Source of the DNA: Guillardia theta CCMP2712
Lineage: Eukaryota; Protista; Cryptophyta
Length of the DNA stretch: 64,000 nt
NCBI RefSeq assembly: GCF_000315625.1
Contig: NW_005434620.1
Location: forward strand, 334,747-398,746
Direction of reading: 5' to 3'
Shown here: positions 1 to 19,925 of the stretch, piece after piece
Layout: every line of letters starts with the position of its first letter
Numbering within the stretch: position 1 is the stretch's first letter
Program-made: the position numbers and the translations under genes
The notes under the pieces: generated by a model
What the model was told of the DNA's origin: nothing
Database searches by the model: none
The model's input: the letters and a program-made list of their open reading frames with translations, nothing else

Positions 1-6674
<6,674 letters not shown>

Positions 6675-6747
6675 AGAGATCAGATGTCTGACGTTTCGAG
6701 CAATGTATGTACATAAAGTCCAGGATCGTACAATGTGAAGTTAAACT

Positions 6748-9378
6748 CTACAATTCCTTCTCCTCGAAGAGTATGATTTCCGAATCGCTCAACGAGAACA
6801 GGAAAGATCCGACGTTCTGCAAGGACAATCAGGCATAATCCTTGAGCGATTCGCAAGCAACCTTTACATCCAGCACTGGAGATGAGTGTGGCTGAAGTCA
6901 ACAAGTCAGATGATCGATCCTTTCAGACATCCAAAATTACAGGAAGCTTGTCCTTCACGCTTCCTTCTTTCGTCTCCCAGATCCACAAAGACTATTGCAT
7001 GTCATATGTTGCTATTGGTTGACAACCGCTCGACTGACCTTGGACGTCTCATCTCCTGACGCAACACTGAAACCATCACTTCCTGCGAGCATCACGCATG
7101 TCAACAAAGAAGCTCGCAACGAGGTGGTGAAGAAAAGTTTGATCCTTGCCATCAGAACTTGTCTTGATGAAAGACGATCTTGACAGGAACTGAGAGCCTG
7201 CAAACATGCATTGACGTCTCAACCACCACAAGAAATTCTTCATACCTGCATGCCCTACCAGACGGAGAGTCTCTTCAGGCTGGATCCCTCCCGATTCCTC
7301 CTACGGCGCCGACATCATGTCGACATCGCACGTGGACAAAGGAAGCTGTTACATTCAGACGAAACGTGACGTGGCATGGTTTTGAGCCAGCAGACTCTGA
7401 GTTACGGAAGGAGGCGAGACACATTTTCAAACTGCAGACAAGCTCCTGTCAAACAACAAGACGTGCTGGGACCTTCTGTCCACTGACTTCACCTGGCGTC
7501 GCACGACACCGACGTGCATTGAGTGGCTTCCAGTTGAATCGCTGAACAACTGACTTGCGACTGAGTATCGGAGAGATCCTCCGACATGAATGTCCAACAA
7601 CAACACCCTCCAGTTGTTCCCCCGATCAAGCTTGTCCTGATGACCGAGGTGAATTTGAGAATTTCTCAACAACAAAGTCCTTCACCCCATCATGCACAGA
7701 CTGTGAGTGGGTTGCGGGTAAATTCCTGCGATGATTCTGCAAGGTTTTGATGTGATCCTCGTATCAAACAGGTAAACACGATTCTGAAAATTCTTTCAGA
7801 CTTGTCCCACATCCTTTCTCATAATTTTACCTGCGCTCCTCCACAAAAGAATAAATTGCGATTCTTTTGCCATCATGTCAGCGCTTAGTAGTGTGCAAAT
7901 TTAAGTAGGCCGATCACCTTTGGGTGCCAACAACAACTCCATAACGCATCTGATACAGCATAAGAGTGCACGAGCGTGTTGTTCTCGATGTTGGTTATGC
8001 GAACAGTCTTTCATGCAAGAAAAAAAAGGTGAGCCGATTGCAAGGAGGAGAGGCAGACTGACCTTGTCAACGCTGCATGTGAGGACTTGCGTTCCCATGT
8101 GTGGCTCTACCTGTACAGGTTGTTCACACTTTAGCAAACTCTTCTCATACCAAGACAAACTTTGCAATCACGGATGTGCTTTGTGTGTAGCTTGCCCATA
8201 AACTGATGAAATCAATCAGGGTCTGCGGAAGTTCGAAACACGACGGATCCTCATCGAAGACTACCCACAAAAAGTAAAATTCAGCATGTGACTCATACCT
8301 GATGGGATTTGGAAACAATGTTGATCTTGCAAAGACTGTATTCCTCGTTGCCCATGAACGCTTGAGGCAGAGAACAAGAAACCAAGATGCAAGACTGGGC
8401 CTGCGAGTACATGCTCAAGGTGACATTCTTTTGTTTTCAAAAGAGATCTCGATCTCCGTGGGTTGTCAACATGTCAAACATCATATACCTCAGAGAAATC
8501 CATCACCCTTGCCCCCCCGAAGATTCCTCGTACAGTCCATACTCTGCGCCAATGGCCGATCTCAATTTGCAAGTCGGTGGTTGGCTTTGGGTCTGGCATC
8601 AACTTCAGCAGCCAGGAGAAATCAATCCATCCAACCAACCGTGGAGCCTTCGCTTCAGTCTGGAGATCTCTTGCAGCAACTCGTCTCTGGCATGCCCCCA
8701 TGTCAAGACTAACAACATCTAGTCAACAATCTTCACACCTCGACACCGCGAGCTTCATCAACTCGTCTTGCAGTCTTTTTTGCCTGTCAGGTTGCTTTCA
8801 CACTCTAAAATTGAACTATCACGAATTGCCTCTCTTGAGCTTGAACCCTGAGCTTCCTCTCCTGGCTCAACTCCTGCAGTGCCCTGAAGAACGAATCATC
8901 CACATGGTTCTACTTCGATCTCTTCCCGTCCTCACCTATCTTTTTCTGCCGTGTCCACTGCAACCAAGTTGCAAGCATATACAGTCCTGATGTCTCGACG
9001 CTTTGCTGCATGGTTACAAGTGGGACAATGCTTCCTCTCCGACAGCCATTTCTGGATACAGCTCGCTCCGAACAGATGGCCGCATCCCAAGCACACAACT
9101 CGATGTTCTCCCGTGTTTGTCCACTGCTCGAAACAAATCATGCAGGTGTCGTTCCCTTCAGACTCCTCTCCCTCCTCCCTCTTTCGTTTCAGGTTGCTGT
9201 ACGTTGAAGTCTCTGGAGCACTCGACGATGCTGAGGTCTGTTGCTGCTTAGCAGCTTGGTCGGCTGGATCGTCGATGATGGAAACATCATCAATCGGTTC
9301 AGTTGGAACATGGGATGGAATGTCAAAGATTTGAGCTTCCAGCTCGTTTCGAAGCGTTAAATCAACAACGGTTTCCAT
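6748..9378 (-). CDS. RFWD3: RFWD3-like E3 ubiquitin ligase (RING + coiled coil + WD40), multi-exon; may start further upstream (~9860)
   Basis: RING CMICFEQWTNTGEHRVVCLGCGHLFGASCIQKWL...CPTC followed by RDIRTVYA is typical of RFWD3. Downstream exons are WD40-like (SLWIWETKEG, HSSPVLDVK). Stop TAG at 6748-6750. Confidence 0.8.
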
Positions 9379-10138
9379 GGCTGCTCAAGTATCAATCGTC
9401 ATCGATTACATTGAGATGTCGGGATGTGATCGCAAAGGCTGCCATCAGCCGTAACTCCGACAGCATCTGAAAACAATCGGTAGAAAGTCAGCCTGAAGCT
9501 TGATCCATGCTGAATGGAGCACAAGTTACAAGGCATCAGACTGGGCAACTGTACAAGAGTTGAGAGCAATCAGAGGCTACAAGAAATGAAATGATGTCAT
9601 TTTGCGTATCATCGACAATATGAGTCAAAGGATGGAATATGAAGACAGAAGAAAGTAACTATGTGATGAGTAGAAGAGGCCAATAGAACGACTTCGTGCA
9701 GAGAAAGCAAAAGGAACAAGATGACGGTTGTGATGTGGTGAAGGAGGATGGCAGCAGCAGCAGCAGCAAGAAGAAAGCTGGTAGCAGCAGCGGGAGGACT
9801 AGCTGGAGGGGGTGGAGCACAGGAGGAGGAGGAGGAATTCGAGTTGCGAGTGGCGCCATGGCGGGTCATGGAGCCCGAATCTTTGAAAACAATACAGGTA
9901 GGGGTGGGGTACGTGCAGAAAATACAAGCAGGGGTACTTTATTCGTATAGTAGAGATGAGTGAACTGTGAAAAGATGGGGTGGGGTAGGGTTTCTAGGCA
10001 GGGTAGGGTGTAGAGGCTACAAGATAACCAGCTAGCTAAAATGGTGGGAAGACGAAGTATGCGAGAAGAAGAGCATGTTGAAAGTCCCTCTCCTTCGATC
10101 TTGTTCCCTTCCTTGTGCAGATTCCATCTTCTTTCTCC

Positions 10139-11938
10139 CTACAACGATCTTCTCCTGCAGGTACATAGACAAAAGTCAAACAAACACCAGGAGGAAACAA
10201 CATCGCCTACCAACTGCACAAGAGCCCGCTCTATCGCCATGAGAAGTGGTGATTCTAGCGCAAGTTCCAGCGATCTTGCAATGGCGGGAACCTTCAGGTT
10301 TGCGTCATCAGAGGATTTGTTGCAAGATAAAGGTCTATCTTGATACCTGCAGACTTCCCGGGAGGAGGGAGTGAAGAAAAAGGAAAGGTAGGGTCTCCAG
10401 TTCGCCCAAGGCCGTGCTATACACAGTGGCAGCTGCTCCAACCTCTCCTCCTCTTGCCCCGACTTCGACTCTTCCTCCTTCGACCAGGACGTATCTTGCC
10501 CGTCCTCGAGAGGTTCTCACGCCTGTTACGGGGACAGGCTGGCGACAGGAATCACGCACAAGAACTATCCTCGCAAAGAGTCACCTGGTATCGACCACCT
10601 GCCTCCAAGACGAAGATCGAGTCTCCCACGGAGATGTCAGAGGCTCTGGCGGTCTTGTGGGATTCGATCCCTTCATACCCGCCGGGGCCCTCCCGATGAA
10701 CCTGCAACGTTGTCGGTCAGATGGGTGGTTACTTTTCACCAGGAGATCTGACCGGGACGAAATGGTTGTTTGAGATCGTCAAGCTTCCTCCTCGCCATTG
10801 CAGCTCAACAAGCGGCATGGCTTCCTTGTGCGCCATGACGTAATATACAGGCCGCCATGCCACTTTTCCAGATGCATCTGGCGCTCTGACCAGGTCACCA
10901 ACGTTGAGATCCTTGATGGCAACTTGCTCCTCCCTCAGTCCTCCATGCTCTTCACTTCGTCGGACCGCGACTGCATCGTCCGCCAAACAACCACCTCCAT
11001 TGTCATCCACTTCTTGGGCATTGAGCAGCTCAGTCCGTGCCATTCGACAGATTCCACACATCCTCTGCACTTCAGGCTCCTTGTAATAGTCGCCAGTCGG
11101 GGAGGAACAAACCTGAGGTAGGTGTGGTGTGAGATAAAAGTCAGAAGAAAACAAAGTGCATCCTGACCGATGTTGCTCCTTCACTTGCGTACATCCTTGG
11201 CCCACACTTGTCGTAGAAATCACAAGTCTCCGTTAATCCCTTGATCATCTGGTAGCAATGAGCAAGGTTCCCAGGGTTGTCATTCTCGAATTTCCTGCAC
11301 GAGTTGCTTATCAGCGCTTGTTCACACAACACAACAAGATCTTCAGCAGAACCTTCCAAACTTTTCATTGCAAGGCCAGATCTCAACATCATCAGGACCA
11401 CAAAGTGTATCGTCGGAAGGACCTGTAACCACCTGTACCACACAGAAAGGTTGTTCAGTGTCATCGAAAAGTGAGGATCAGTCGATACCCCTCCTGATGA
11501 TGGCGTCGAGAACGTAGTAGATGCATGCATGTATCCACATCCATCCCACTGGGGAAAGATCGCGTTTGCTTGCTCCACAAGGCTAGGGCCATGTTACTTC
11601 CATCAGGGACTGCTGTTCAGCTCACCTAGAAATCGCACAGTTTCTTGCGGCGCCCTTCCCAGAGCTCTCTAGCGATTGCTGTATCACTTTAGAATACTCG
11701 AAGTTGCGTCGTTTCATCCCAGTCTCTGCCTTCTTGACAACATCGGCTGGTAAGTAGAAGTATTGCACGTCACCCTGCGAGAAAACCTATCAGACGTCAT
11801 TCGTCTGCGTCTAACGACGACTACCTCGGAATCCAGGACGGAATGTTGTGCATAAAAATTTCCATTGTGCAACACAATCGCAACCAGGAAGATCGAAAAG
11901 CCCGACAGAAGGGAGAAGGCGATCGCAGATGTCCTCAT
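10139..11938 (-). CDS. Secreted protein with N-terminal Cys-rich domain and C-terminal Hedgehog-type Hint (Hog) domain
   Basis: Signal peptide/anchor MRTSAIAFSLLSGFSIFLVAIVL. Hint start GGG|CLADDA (Cys codon 10987-10989), IKDLNVGDLV, LTISNNHFV, ARASDISVGDSIFV, C-terminal RVEVG...AAATVYS, then a hydrophobic SRR-like tail. Confidence 0.8.
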
Positions 11939-12029
11939 TCTGATTGCCAGGAGGATCGAAGGGAGCGGGGAGAGGAGATGGACTGAGGTGGAAGAAAGAT
12001 GGAGAATGGAGGGAAAGTCAGGGAGAGGA

Positions 12030-12110
12030 CGGAAAGAGGAGGGAGGAGGGAGGAGGGAGGAGGGAGGAGGGAGGAGGGAGGAGGGAGGAGGGAGGAGGGA
12101 GGAGGGAGGG
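12030..12110. repeat. GGA/GGAG purine tandem repeat (intergenic)
   Basis: Directly visible. Confidence 0.9.
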
Positions 12111-12266
12111 TTGCAGGTCTTAAGCGCACTGCTCCTGCACTATCTCCATTGCCATACTCGAAGGGTCGAACAATAACGGTTCGTAACCATCAGTCACCAT
12201 TTCAACGTCAGAGTGTAACCGTCATATTTGCGGTTACAATCCGTTGAAAAATTTCAGAGTCCGGCC

Positions 12267-14060
12267 ATGGCAAACTTGAGCGCGTTAAGCCTGTTGGCGA
12301 TGGCGAGGACAAGCCGACGATGGTGGCCAAGCGGGCGAGTTTCTTCCATCTCATCCCCTGGGGGAAGCGAAGATGAAGCTTCTGTGAGATCCCCCCACAC
12401 CTCTTCTGATATCTCAACGGATCTGCCGGGTGAAATCAAGACTGGTCCTTCGTGGGCTTCGGAGCTTGAGGAGGAGGGGGAGGGGCAATGCAACACTTCT
12501 GACAGGGATAGCCAGCATGGAATTGGCATTTTGTTCAGCTCTAGAGTGCCTCTGCATGATCGAGATAGAATATTCTCGATGGCCATGGAGTCTTTGACAG
12601 GAGAACAGAAAGCACTGTTGCTGAACGAAGTTTCGAGGATCTCGTCTGGTGAGCTTCTGAACGCCAACAAAGATCTCGCGAGCTTTCTGGCTTCAGGAGC
12701 ATCGGATATCGATCTGAGTGGGTGCTCGTTGCTTCGGCCAGAGGTCTGCAAGGACATGTTCACCTCGGTTGGTTCGATGCAGTTGATTTCAATGAACATC
12801 TCAGATTGCCATCCGTACATGTCAGGGCTGATGTTGTCTGAGGTTTGGGATCATGTTCCTCGACTCGAGAAGCTCGAGTTTCGTGCTACTTCCCTCTTGC
12901 TCAATTTCAATCGAGCCATTAAGGACTTGGCTGTGAAATGTGAGAGAATCACTCACATAGACCTTTCCCTCTCAGTCAACCTGTCTGACGACGCTGTCTC
13001 GACGTTGCTAGCATCGTGCAGAGAGCTGAGGGTGCTGAAAGTAGCCAATTGTCCTCGCATAACAGACGACGCCTTCAGAGTGCAGCCGATTTCATCGAGT
13101 CTTGCAGAGCTGGAGATGTGGGGTAATCGCGCCATTACAGGTCAGGGCTTTTTCTTCGTTGAGTCTGTCCTGATGCAAGTAACCATGCAGATGTTGCACT
13201 TCAGAGGATTGGATGCAACGAGGACATTCGTTTGAGGCGTCTACTACTGACAGGAACGAGCACTACATCGAGGGGGCTTCAGAGTTTGAACCTGGATGAA
13301 GTGCGAACGCTCGAGTTGGGAGAGTGCGAGCTGTTCGTTGAAGACATTCGATTCATTCTCTTGTCTGCACGAAATCTGGAAAGGCTGGATCTGAGTTGGT
13401 GTGACAATGTGGAGGATGAAATGTTGGGTAGGATTGCAGGCCATGCACAGTGCTTGACGCATCTAGACATGCGAAAATGCAGTGAGATTACAGACGTCTC
13501 GATGGAGGTATTACAGTCTTCCCAAAAGGATATCAGTCATGCTAAAGTTCTTGTGTAGCAACTTTGCTCGACTCGCTCCCAGCTGGTACATCTTGGCCTT
13601 GCCCGGTGTGACTCGCTAGGAGACTCTTCGGTGCGGTCGATATGCAACCACTGCAAGTGAGTGAAGGTATGGTTCAAACTCCAGCTAAAAGCATGTGCCA
13701 GGACTCTACAATCGCTCGACCTGAGCTGGCTGAACGAAGTCACTGCTGCGGGGATAGAGGAAGTTGTGTGCAAGCTATCGTGCTTAACATCCTTGAAGCT
13801 GGAAGGATGCAAACCTCTTTGCGACAGTCACTTGGAGGTTCTGATTTCAATCTAGTCATCACTTGACTGACGTGTTCACTTTTTTTAAGATGGCGTCCAG
13901 AAACCTCAAAGTCCTGCGGGAGTTTCACATGGGGTGGTGCAACTCACCAACGGACGACATGATTGATGAGCTGGTGACCAAGCTTCCAAGCGTGATAGTG
14001 TGGGATTACTACGGAAGAGAGCACGTGGGAGACCTTGCTAAGAAGAGAACAAAGCCATGA
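12267..14060 (+). CDS. Leucine-rich repeat protein (FBXL/AMN1-type cysteine-containing LRRs), multi-exon
   Basis: Repeats ITHIDLSLSVNLSDDAV, LRVLKVANCPRITDDAF, LERLDLSWCDNVED, LTHLDMRKCSEITD, LQSLDLSWLNEVT. Confidence 0.85.
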
Positions 14061-14072
14061 AACGAAAAGATT

Positions 14073-14783
14073 TTACCCCACCGGAAACTGTTTATGGCAT
14101 ACCAGGAAAGCCGAAACCTGTTCTCTCGCTGCCCTTATGCCATCTCAAACGTGGCCATCACGTCTGAGATTCCTCCCAGATTCAAAACGTTCTTGTAGCC
14201 ATTTTCTTCAAGAATTCGCTTGGCCACTGCGGACCTCGCCCCCGACCTGCAGTGTACTACGATTGCCTTCTGGAAGTCGTTCTGGGTAAGCTTGTGTACC
14301 TGCGCATCAGCGTTAGATCACGACAAGGAGGAGAAGGATATTCCATAGGCATACTTCGTTGATACGTGCTCCCAGCACTTCGTGGGGAATGTTCACTGCG
14401 ATTTTGGCATGGCCAGTATAGAATTCATCAATCCTCCTCACGTCAAGAAGGATGCCTCCCCCATCGATCGCTTTTTTCGCTTCCTCCTGCGAGAAATCTT
14501 TGCTGGCTCCGTCTTTCTGGCCTCCCAACCAGGAGAAAAACGAGCGACCAGCGGATGGGAGCGCAGGAGCAGACGGCAGGGCATGAAGGGGGTTCTTCGT
14601 AACGGCAAAGGAGGGGGAGAGGGCAGCGAACCCGGGTGAGAGGTTCAAGTTCGACCTCCAGCTAGCAAGGGAGTATGTCCTTGACTGCAAGCTGCTGAGC
14701 ATGAAGGATCTAAGACCTCGAATGCTCATCGCGCTCATCGCACGACCCGTCGCTCCTACTGCCATAGTTGCCTGCCTCTGCAT
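14073..14783 (-). CDS. Single-domain rhodanese/sulfurtransferase (PspE/GlpE-like), probable mitochondrial presequence
   Basis: ILLDVRRIDEFYTGHAKIAVNIP in exon 1. Exon 2 (~14160-14299) reads AIVVHCRSGARSAVAKRILEENGYKNVLNLGG, containing the active-site Cys. N-terminus is Arg/Ser-rich and acid-free. Confidence 0.88.
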
Positions 14784-15129
14784 TGCAAGCTACGATCAGG
14801 AGGCATAGGTGGGGTGGGGGTTGACGTGATCTGTACCCCCTCCTACCACTCCCAATGCAAGCGGTGAATATCGTGTCAAGAGGGGGTAGGGTACTCTCAT
14901 GGGGCGCTTTTGACCAGGAGGGGTACATACCCCTACCATGGCAAACATGGGGTACTTGTAGCAGAAAGGTGGGGATGTGCACTTCACTCATGTATTGTAA
15001 GGGCCCGCCCCGGTACTGAAGGTGTACAGAAATGCAGACAAGAGTACCTACTGCGCTGCAAGACTTCAACATGCCAGGGGATGGAGCTTGCCGAACAGAC
15101 TTTGAGGTGAGTAGAGTAGAGCAGAGATG

Positions 15130-15314
15130 GGAGGAGGGGGAGGAGAGGAGAGAAGGGGGAGGAGAGAAGAGAAGGGGGGAGAGGAGGAGAGGGGAGGGGA
15201 GAGGAGAGGAGGGGAGAGGAGAGGAGAGGAGAGGAGAGGAGGGGAGGGGAGGGGAGGGGAGAGGAGAGGAGAGGAGAGGAGAGGAGAGGAGGGGAGAGGA
15301 GGGGAGAGGAGAGA
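15130..15314. repeat. (GAGAG/GAGGG)n purine-rich pentamer repeat
   Basis: Directly visible. Confidence 0.9.
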
Positions 15315-15353
15315 ACTAGTGTCTCTAAGAATATCTGTTTTAAAAAGAAGCGA

Positions 15354-18300
15354 CTAACCTACAACGATTTTCTTCCCATGTTTCAGTGAGTTCTCTGACA
15401 CATGCTGTGTCTCCCAATTGTGATTCCAATCATATGCTTGCTGAGCCCGGACGTGCCTTCCCATGCCGGCGTTAAAACCTGGCGCTGCAGGGACGATGTG
15501 GTCGGCAAACAGATGCGTTGCAACTTGATTCGTGATCCCCTCCCTCTTGTCTTTGTCCTCGCGCACATGGATGATTCCATCAGGATACCTGAAACAACTG
15601 TCAAGAGAGAAGATCGTGGGTGCAGGGAGGGGCTAAGGTGTGAAGGGCAATGGAGGTACCGAGCAGAGAAAACAAAGCAAGGAGAGGAAGGCAAGAGGGA
15701 GGGGGGCGGCGGGGGGAAGCGAGGAGAAGGGGAGGGGGGGGGATGCCATACCTTGCATTCTGATATTTGTTGCGCGGCATGAGATGACCGTGAGGGTCGT
15801 CATGGTGAGCACGAATATCCCCCTTTTTGTTCAGAGAGACTTCCGAACTGAAGCTTCCCTCCCATGGGAAAAGCCAGTCGAAGAGTCCACCCCCGCCATT
15901 GAGAGCGCTGCTGATGCCTTGTGTAGCATTCATCTGGTGGAGCAAGGCGTCACGAAGAGGCTTGCAGTGATGCGAAGGGTTACCGGAGGAGGAGGAGGAG
16001 GAGCTGCGATATACCTCCATTCACAGCCTAAGCCGTCGCAGACCCTGATCCGCTTCGCAGCCTGGCTCTCTTTCGGCTTCGGGGTATCCTGGTCTTGGCC
16101 TTCTGATTTCTCGTCCTTCTCATCCTTGCTATCTTTTTCCTTAGCCTCATTCTTCTCCTGCTGAGCATTATCTTCTTGATTAGTTTCCTCCTTCTCATCT
16201 TTCGCTTCTTGATTGGTCTCCTCCTCATGTTTCTCTTCCTCTTCTTTCGTCACGTCCTTTGCATCATCCTTGTCTCCATTGCCCTCTTCCTTCTCCGTAG
16301 CCTCGGACTCCTCACTTTGCTTCTCCTCCTTGCCCGCCTGCTCTTCATCCTCTTCCTTGGGCTGTTCTGCTTCGTTGTTCGCATCGCCGCTCTCCGAACT
16401 CTCCCCTGAGTTGTTTTCCTCAGGAGTTTGCTGCTGATAATCAAGTCAAATGGATCCATATCAAGTTTACACTGGGTCAGACCTCACTGCCTTCATTCTG
16501 ACTTGTCGGGCTGCTCCCTTGGTCACCTTCTTGGCTCCCTTCCTGCACGCAAAGTAGGCCAGTGAGCGAAAACTGACACAACGTGCATGGTTAGGGAACC
16601 TGAGACGAGCTACCATCTGCTTCGTTCTGCAACACCTTCAAAGCATCGTGAGCCTACTCATTACGTGCCGATATGGGAAGGACGATACCTGCTGTCTCAG
16701 GCGTTTCACCTGCCTCTTAAGTTTTGCGACCATCGCCTTCTCTTTCAACTTGCGGATTTGTCTCCTCAACTTTGCAACTTCCCGCAATTCGGCCCTGTGC
16801 GCAGAAGAGTCTGCTTTGACAAGAGAGACCTGCGCTTGTTGGGCAGTTTTGAGTTGATCCTTATGAAGAGCATTGTCCTTCTCAACTTTTTGAGCCATTT
16901 CCCTGATTTTCTCAATCTCCTGATTGAGGTGCTTTTTGACAACTTTTCTCGAGTTGCGATGCCTGTTGTGAGTCTGGGTTGGACTGGAATCTCCAAAAAT
17001 CGAATTGATCTCGTTCTTAAGATGTCGCTCCGTCGATCGAAACAAATCCGATCGCACCGAGTCACCGTCCCGCGACGGCATTTCAAGTGCATTCAAAGGC
17101 GATGCAGCATCAGGCATTTTCACGGAGTACTGTGGAGCTGCAAAGTCCGGTGCTGAGGTCTGCACCTGATTCTGATTCTGCGATCTGATAGAACCAGCAG
17201 CTCTGCTCACCTTTCACAAAAGAGTCAACCCCGCCGGATTCAGCCACACATCACATCGCTACCTGATACAAGTCTGAAGTCTTGGAAGCCAGTCGAAGGT
17301 TGCTTCGAGGCTGTTGGCGATAGAGAGCATGATCGACAGCATTCTGAACAAGTTGCTTGAGAGTAACACCCTTCGGGACCTTCAACCGCGGTGCCTTCGC
17401 TTCTCTCTCAACAGCGTCCAATCGATTCTTCTTCTCCTCAGCGATCTCCTGCGGGGAAAGATCTCTTGAGGGCTGCAGATGCAAAAGACATTCAGATGAA
17501 AATAATGATAGATTCAAGCCAATGCAAAGCACCTCTCTTGATCGCACATAGTCAGAGTCTTCAAGGTCTTTCCTGGCTTGCTTGATAAACGCTGGAAGGG
17601 ATGAAACTGCTGTGCTTGTTCCGCCAGTCTCATCAACTTCGTGCCTGTATTCCCTTGGGACTGCGAGCAAGTGACCCTGGATTCCACGTTCGCGCCAGAT
17701 TTTGCGCTCTGCGGCAAAAGGATCCACGCTATCATCTGAATTGGACGCCTTCAGGTTGCTGACTCTAGACGTCTCGTGCCAGTCGTGGCTCCTAACGTCC
17801 TTAGTTCTCGCAACAAGGGGGTTATTTGATGACGCTTTGGGGATCTTCTTTGCCTCCGAATCGATCTGTTCACCCTGAAACGCCTTCTTCTCACTGGCAT
17901 CTACCTTTGCCGCCATCTTTTGATATTCATCAATTCCAGAATCGAAGATATCGCTGTAAGACTTGAGGAGATTGTTAGCTCCTTGGTCAGCTGCTGATTC
18001 AAGCTTCGAGTCACGGTGAGACAGTCTTTGAACCATGTCCTTTGCAGCCCTGATCTCATTCACAAAACTCCGGTGCTGCTTGATGTGGGTCGGAGAAAAG
18101 GAATCTCCAGAAGGTGGCTGCGAGGGCGGCGTTGCCTTAGCATGATTCTTTCGGTCATTGTCCGGTGGGTTGGAAGTTTGAACTGCTGCCTGAGATTTTT
18201 CACGAAACATTCCTTTGTGAGTCGGAATGTTGTATCTCTCGTCTCCGTCCACCCAGCTAGCGTCCATACGCTGTGAAGAACATATGTTCAGTTGCAATCT

Positions 18301-18626
18301 TGTTTCAGACAAACACAGAGCAATGGTTATGCACAAACGATGAAGAAGCGGAAAACAACACATTCGTATGATGGTTTTCAATACAACATGTCACGAAGAA
18401 GCTGAGTGGACAATCGCAAACCAGCTACATCTTACAACACTTCCCATAGTTGTCCACGTACCTCTTCCTGAGCAGTCAGCGCACCCACATGGAGAAGCTC
18501 AGCCCTCAATGGCGATCCTCCAGCATTCATCCATGATAGGCGGTACGAGGCCATAACGATCACCATCGCTGCCATCCCACTTGCGACGGCTCCGGTCGCC
18601 CATCCCCGCAGTCGCCCCCGCGCCAT
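15354..18626 (-). CDS. Hypothetical multi-exon protein with N-terminal membrane anchor, coiled-coil and Glu/Lys-rich low-complexity region
   Basis: Consecutive same-strand ORF segments 18432-18626 (MARGRLRGWATGAVASGMAAMVIVMASY..RAELL), 17251-18270, 16638-17210, 15930-16430, 15601-16020 and 15354-15566, linked by plausible GT-AG introns. No recognisable family. Confidence 0.55.
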
Positions 18627-18932
18627 GGTGCGAAGAGCCAGGATGCTGTAACGGTTTGTAACTATATGATAACTGTTTTCATACAAATGTAACGGTGATA
18701 TGCTCGCAGAGGGGTAGGGGTATTATGAATACGGGTATTTTGTCTGGGAAAAACGGGGGTAAGAAAGCCTAATTGGGGGTCGAATACAAATCACTGTACG
18801 GGTGTGAGGGTGTGGGTGGTACGGGGTGCGAGGGGGTGGTAGCACGTGCACAATGGGGGTTCTTGGCGGCATCAACAGGAAGCACATTTCGCACAACAGG
18901 AAGAAGAACTCGAAGAACAAGGTAAGAACACT

Positions 18933-19290
18933 TGAAACATCCAATATCAACATCAACAATATCGACATTCAATATCAATATCGACATCCAATATCAATAT
19001 CGACATCCGATATCCAACATCGACATCCAATATCAACATCGACATCCGATATCCAACATCGACATCCAATATCAATATCGACATCCAATATCAACATCAA
19101 CATCCAACATCCAACATCAAACATCAAATATCAACGTGAAACATCAAGCATCCAAAATATCAATATTCAATATCCAATATCCAATATCAACGTGAAACAT
19201 CAAACGTGAAACATCCAACATCATTCATCATTCATCCAACATCCAACCTCAACGTCAAACATCCAACATCCAACATCCAACATCCATATC
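18933..19290. repeat. Degenerate ATCAAC/ATCGAC/ATCCAAT tandem repeat
   Basis: Units of 6-7 nt with higher-order blocks such as CCAATATCAATATCGACATC; top strand is nearly G-free. Confidence 0.9.
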
Positions 19291-19455
19291 TACTCTACGT
19301 TCACCTCCACCTCTATATGTTCTCCACCTATGCACCTTATCTGCGCACAAGTCCAAATGTGTCTCCACACATACTTCTACTTCCACTCGGATAGAAACAT
19401 AGAGCGAGAGCGACAGGGGAGCTAGACTCTAGAAGAGAGGTAGCTCGAAAGGCAA

Positions 19456-19925
19456 TGAGAGGAAAAGCCACAAAACAAAACGAGAGATGAGATAGGAAGG
19501 TAAAAGCCGTCACAGAGAGCCCTGAATGTACTCAGAACAAAGCCAAAAAAGGGATTTGTGACAGCTCCACATATGAAGGATATCGGTGTTCCTGATAATT
19601 TGTGAAAGCTAAAGAATCCTTTGCAGTTGAACAAGAAGAACAGAGTCGAGAAACAAACAAAGGCAGTGCAGCTTTCTTCGAAAACAATGTATTCGTGCTT
19701 TTGGTCTGTTTGTGCCGTAATTGAATACCGCAAAACAGATCTAAGAAGAAGCAACGTATCATTGACAAGAGGAAGAAAATTCTGATTCCCGATGCGATGG
19801 TCAGGAATGAAGAAAAGTACAAGAAGTTTAAGGTCAGGGTTTGCCCTGCATGAATTAGACTTGATTTTTGACTTCAGATGGACGTTGAAGACTCTGAACA
19901 AACCGCTGAGAACGCTCAAGATTGA
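19456..19925 (+). CDS. Possible small basic hypothetical protein (spliced)
   Basis: Codon-like segments SKKKQRIIDKRKKILIPDAMVRNEEKYKKFK|MDVEDSEQTAENAQD* flanked by GT/AG. Start uncertain. Confidence 0.3.

Noticed and set aside
10410-10990. Protein-splicing intein
   Set aside because: No terminal His-Asn followed by Cys/Ser/Thr and no endonuclease; the C-terminus is Hog-like.
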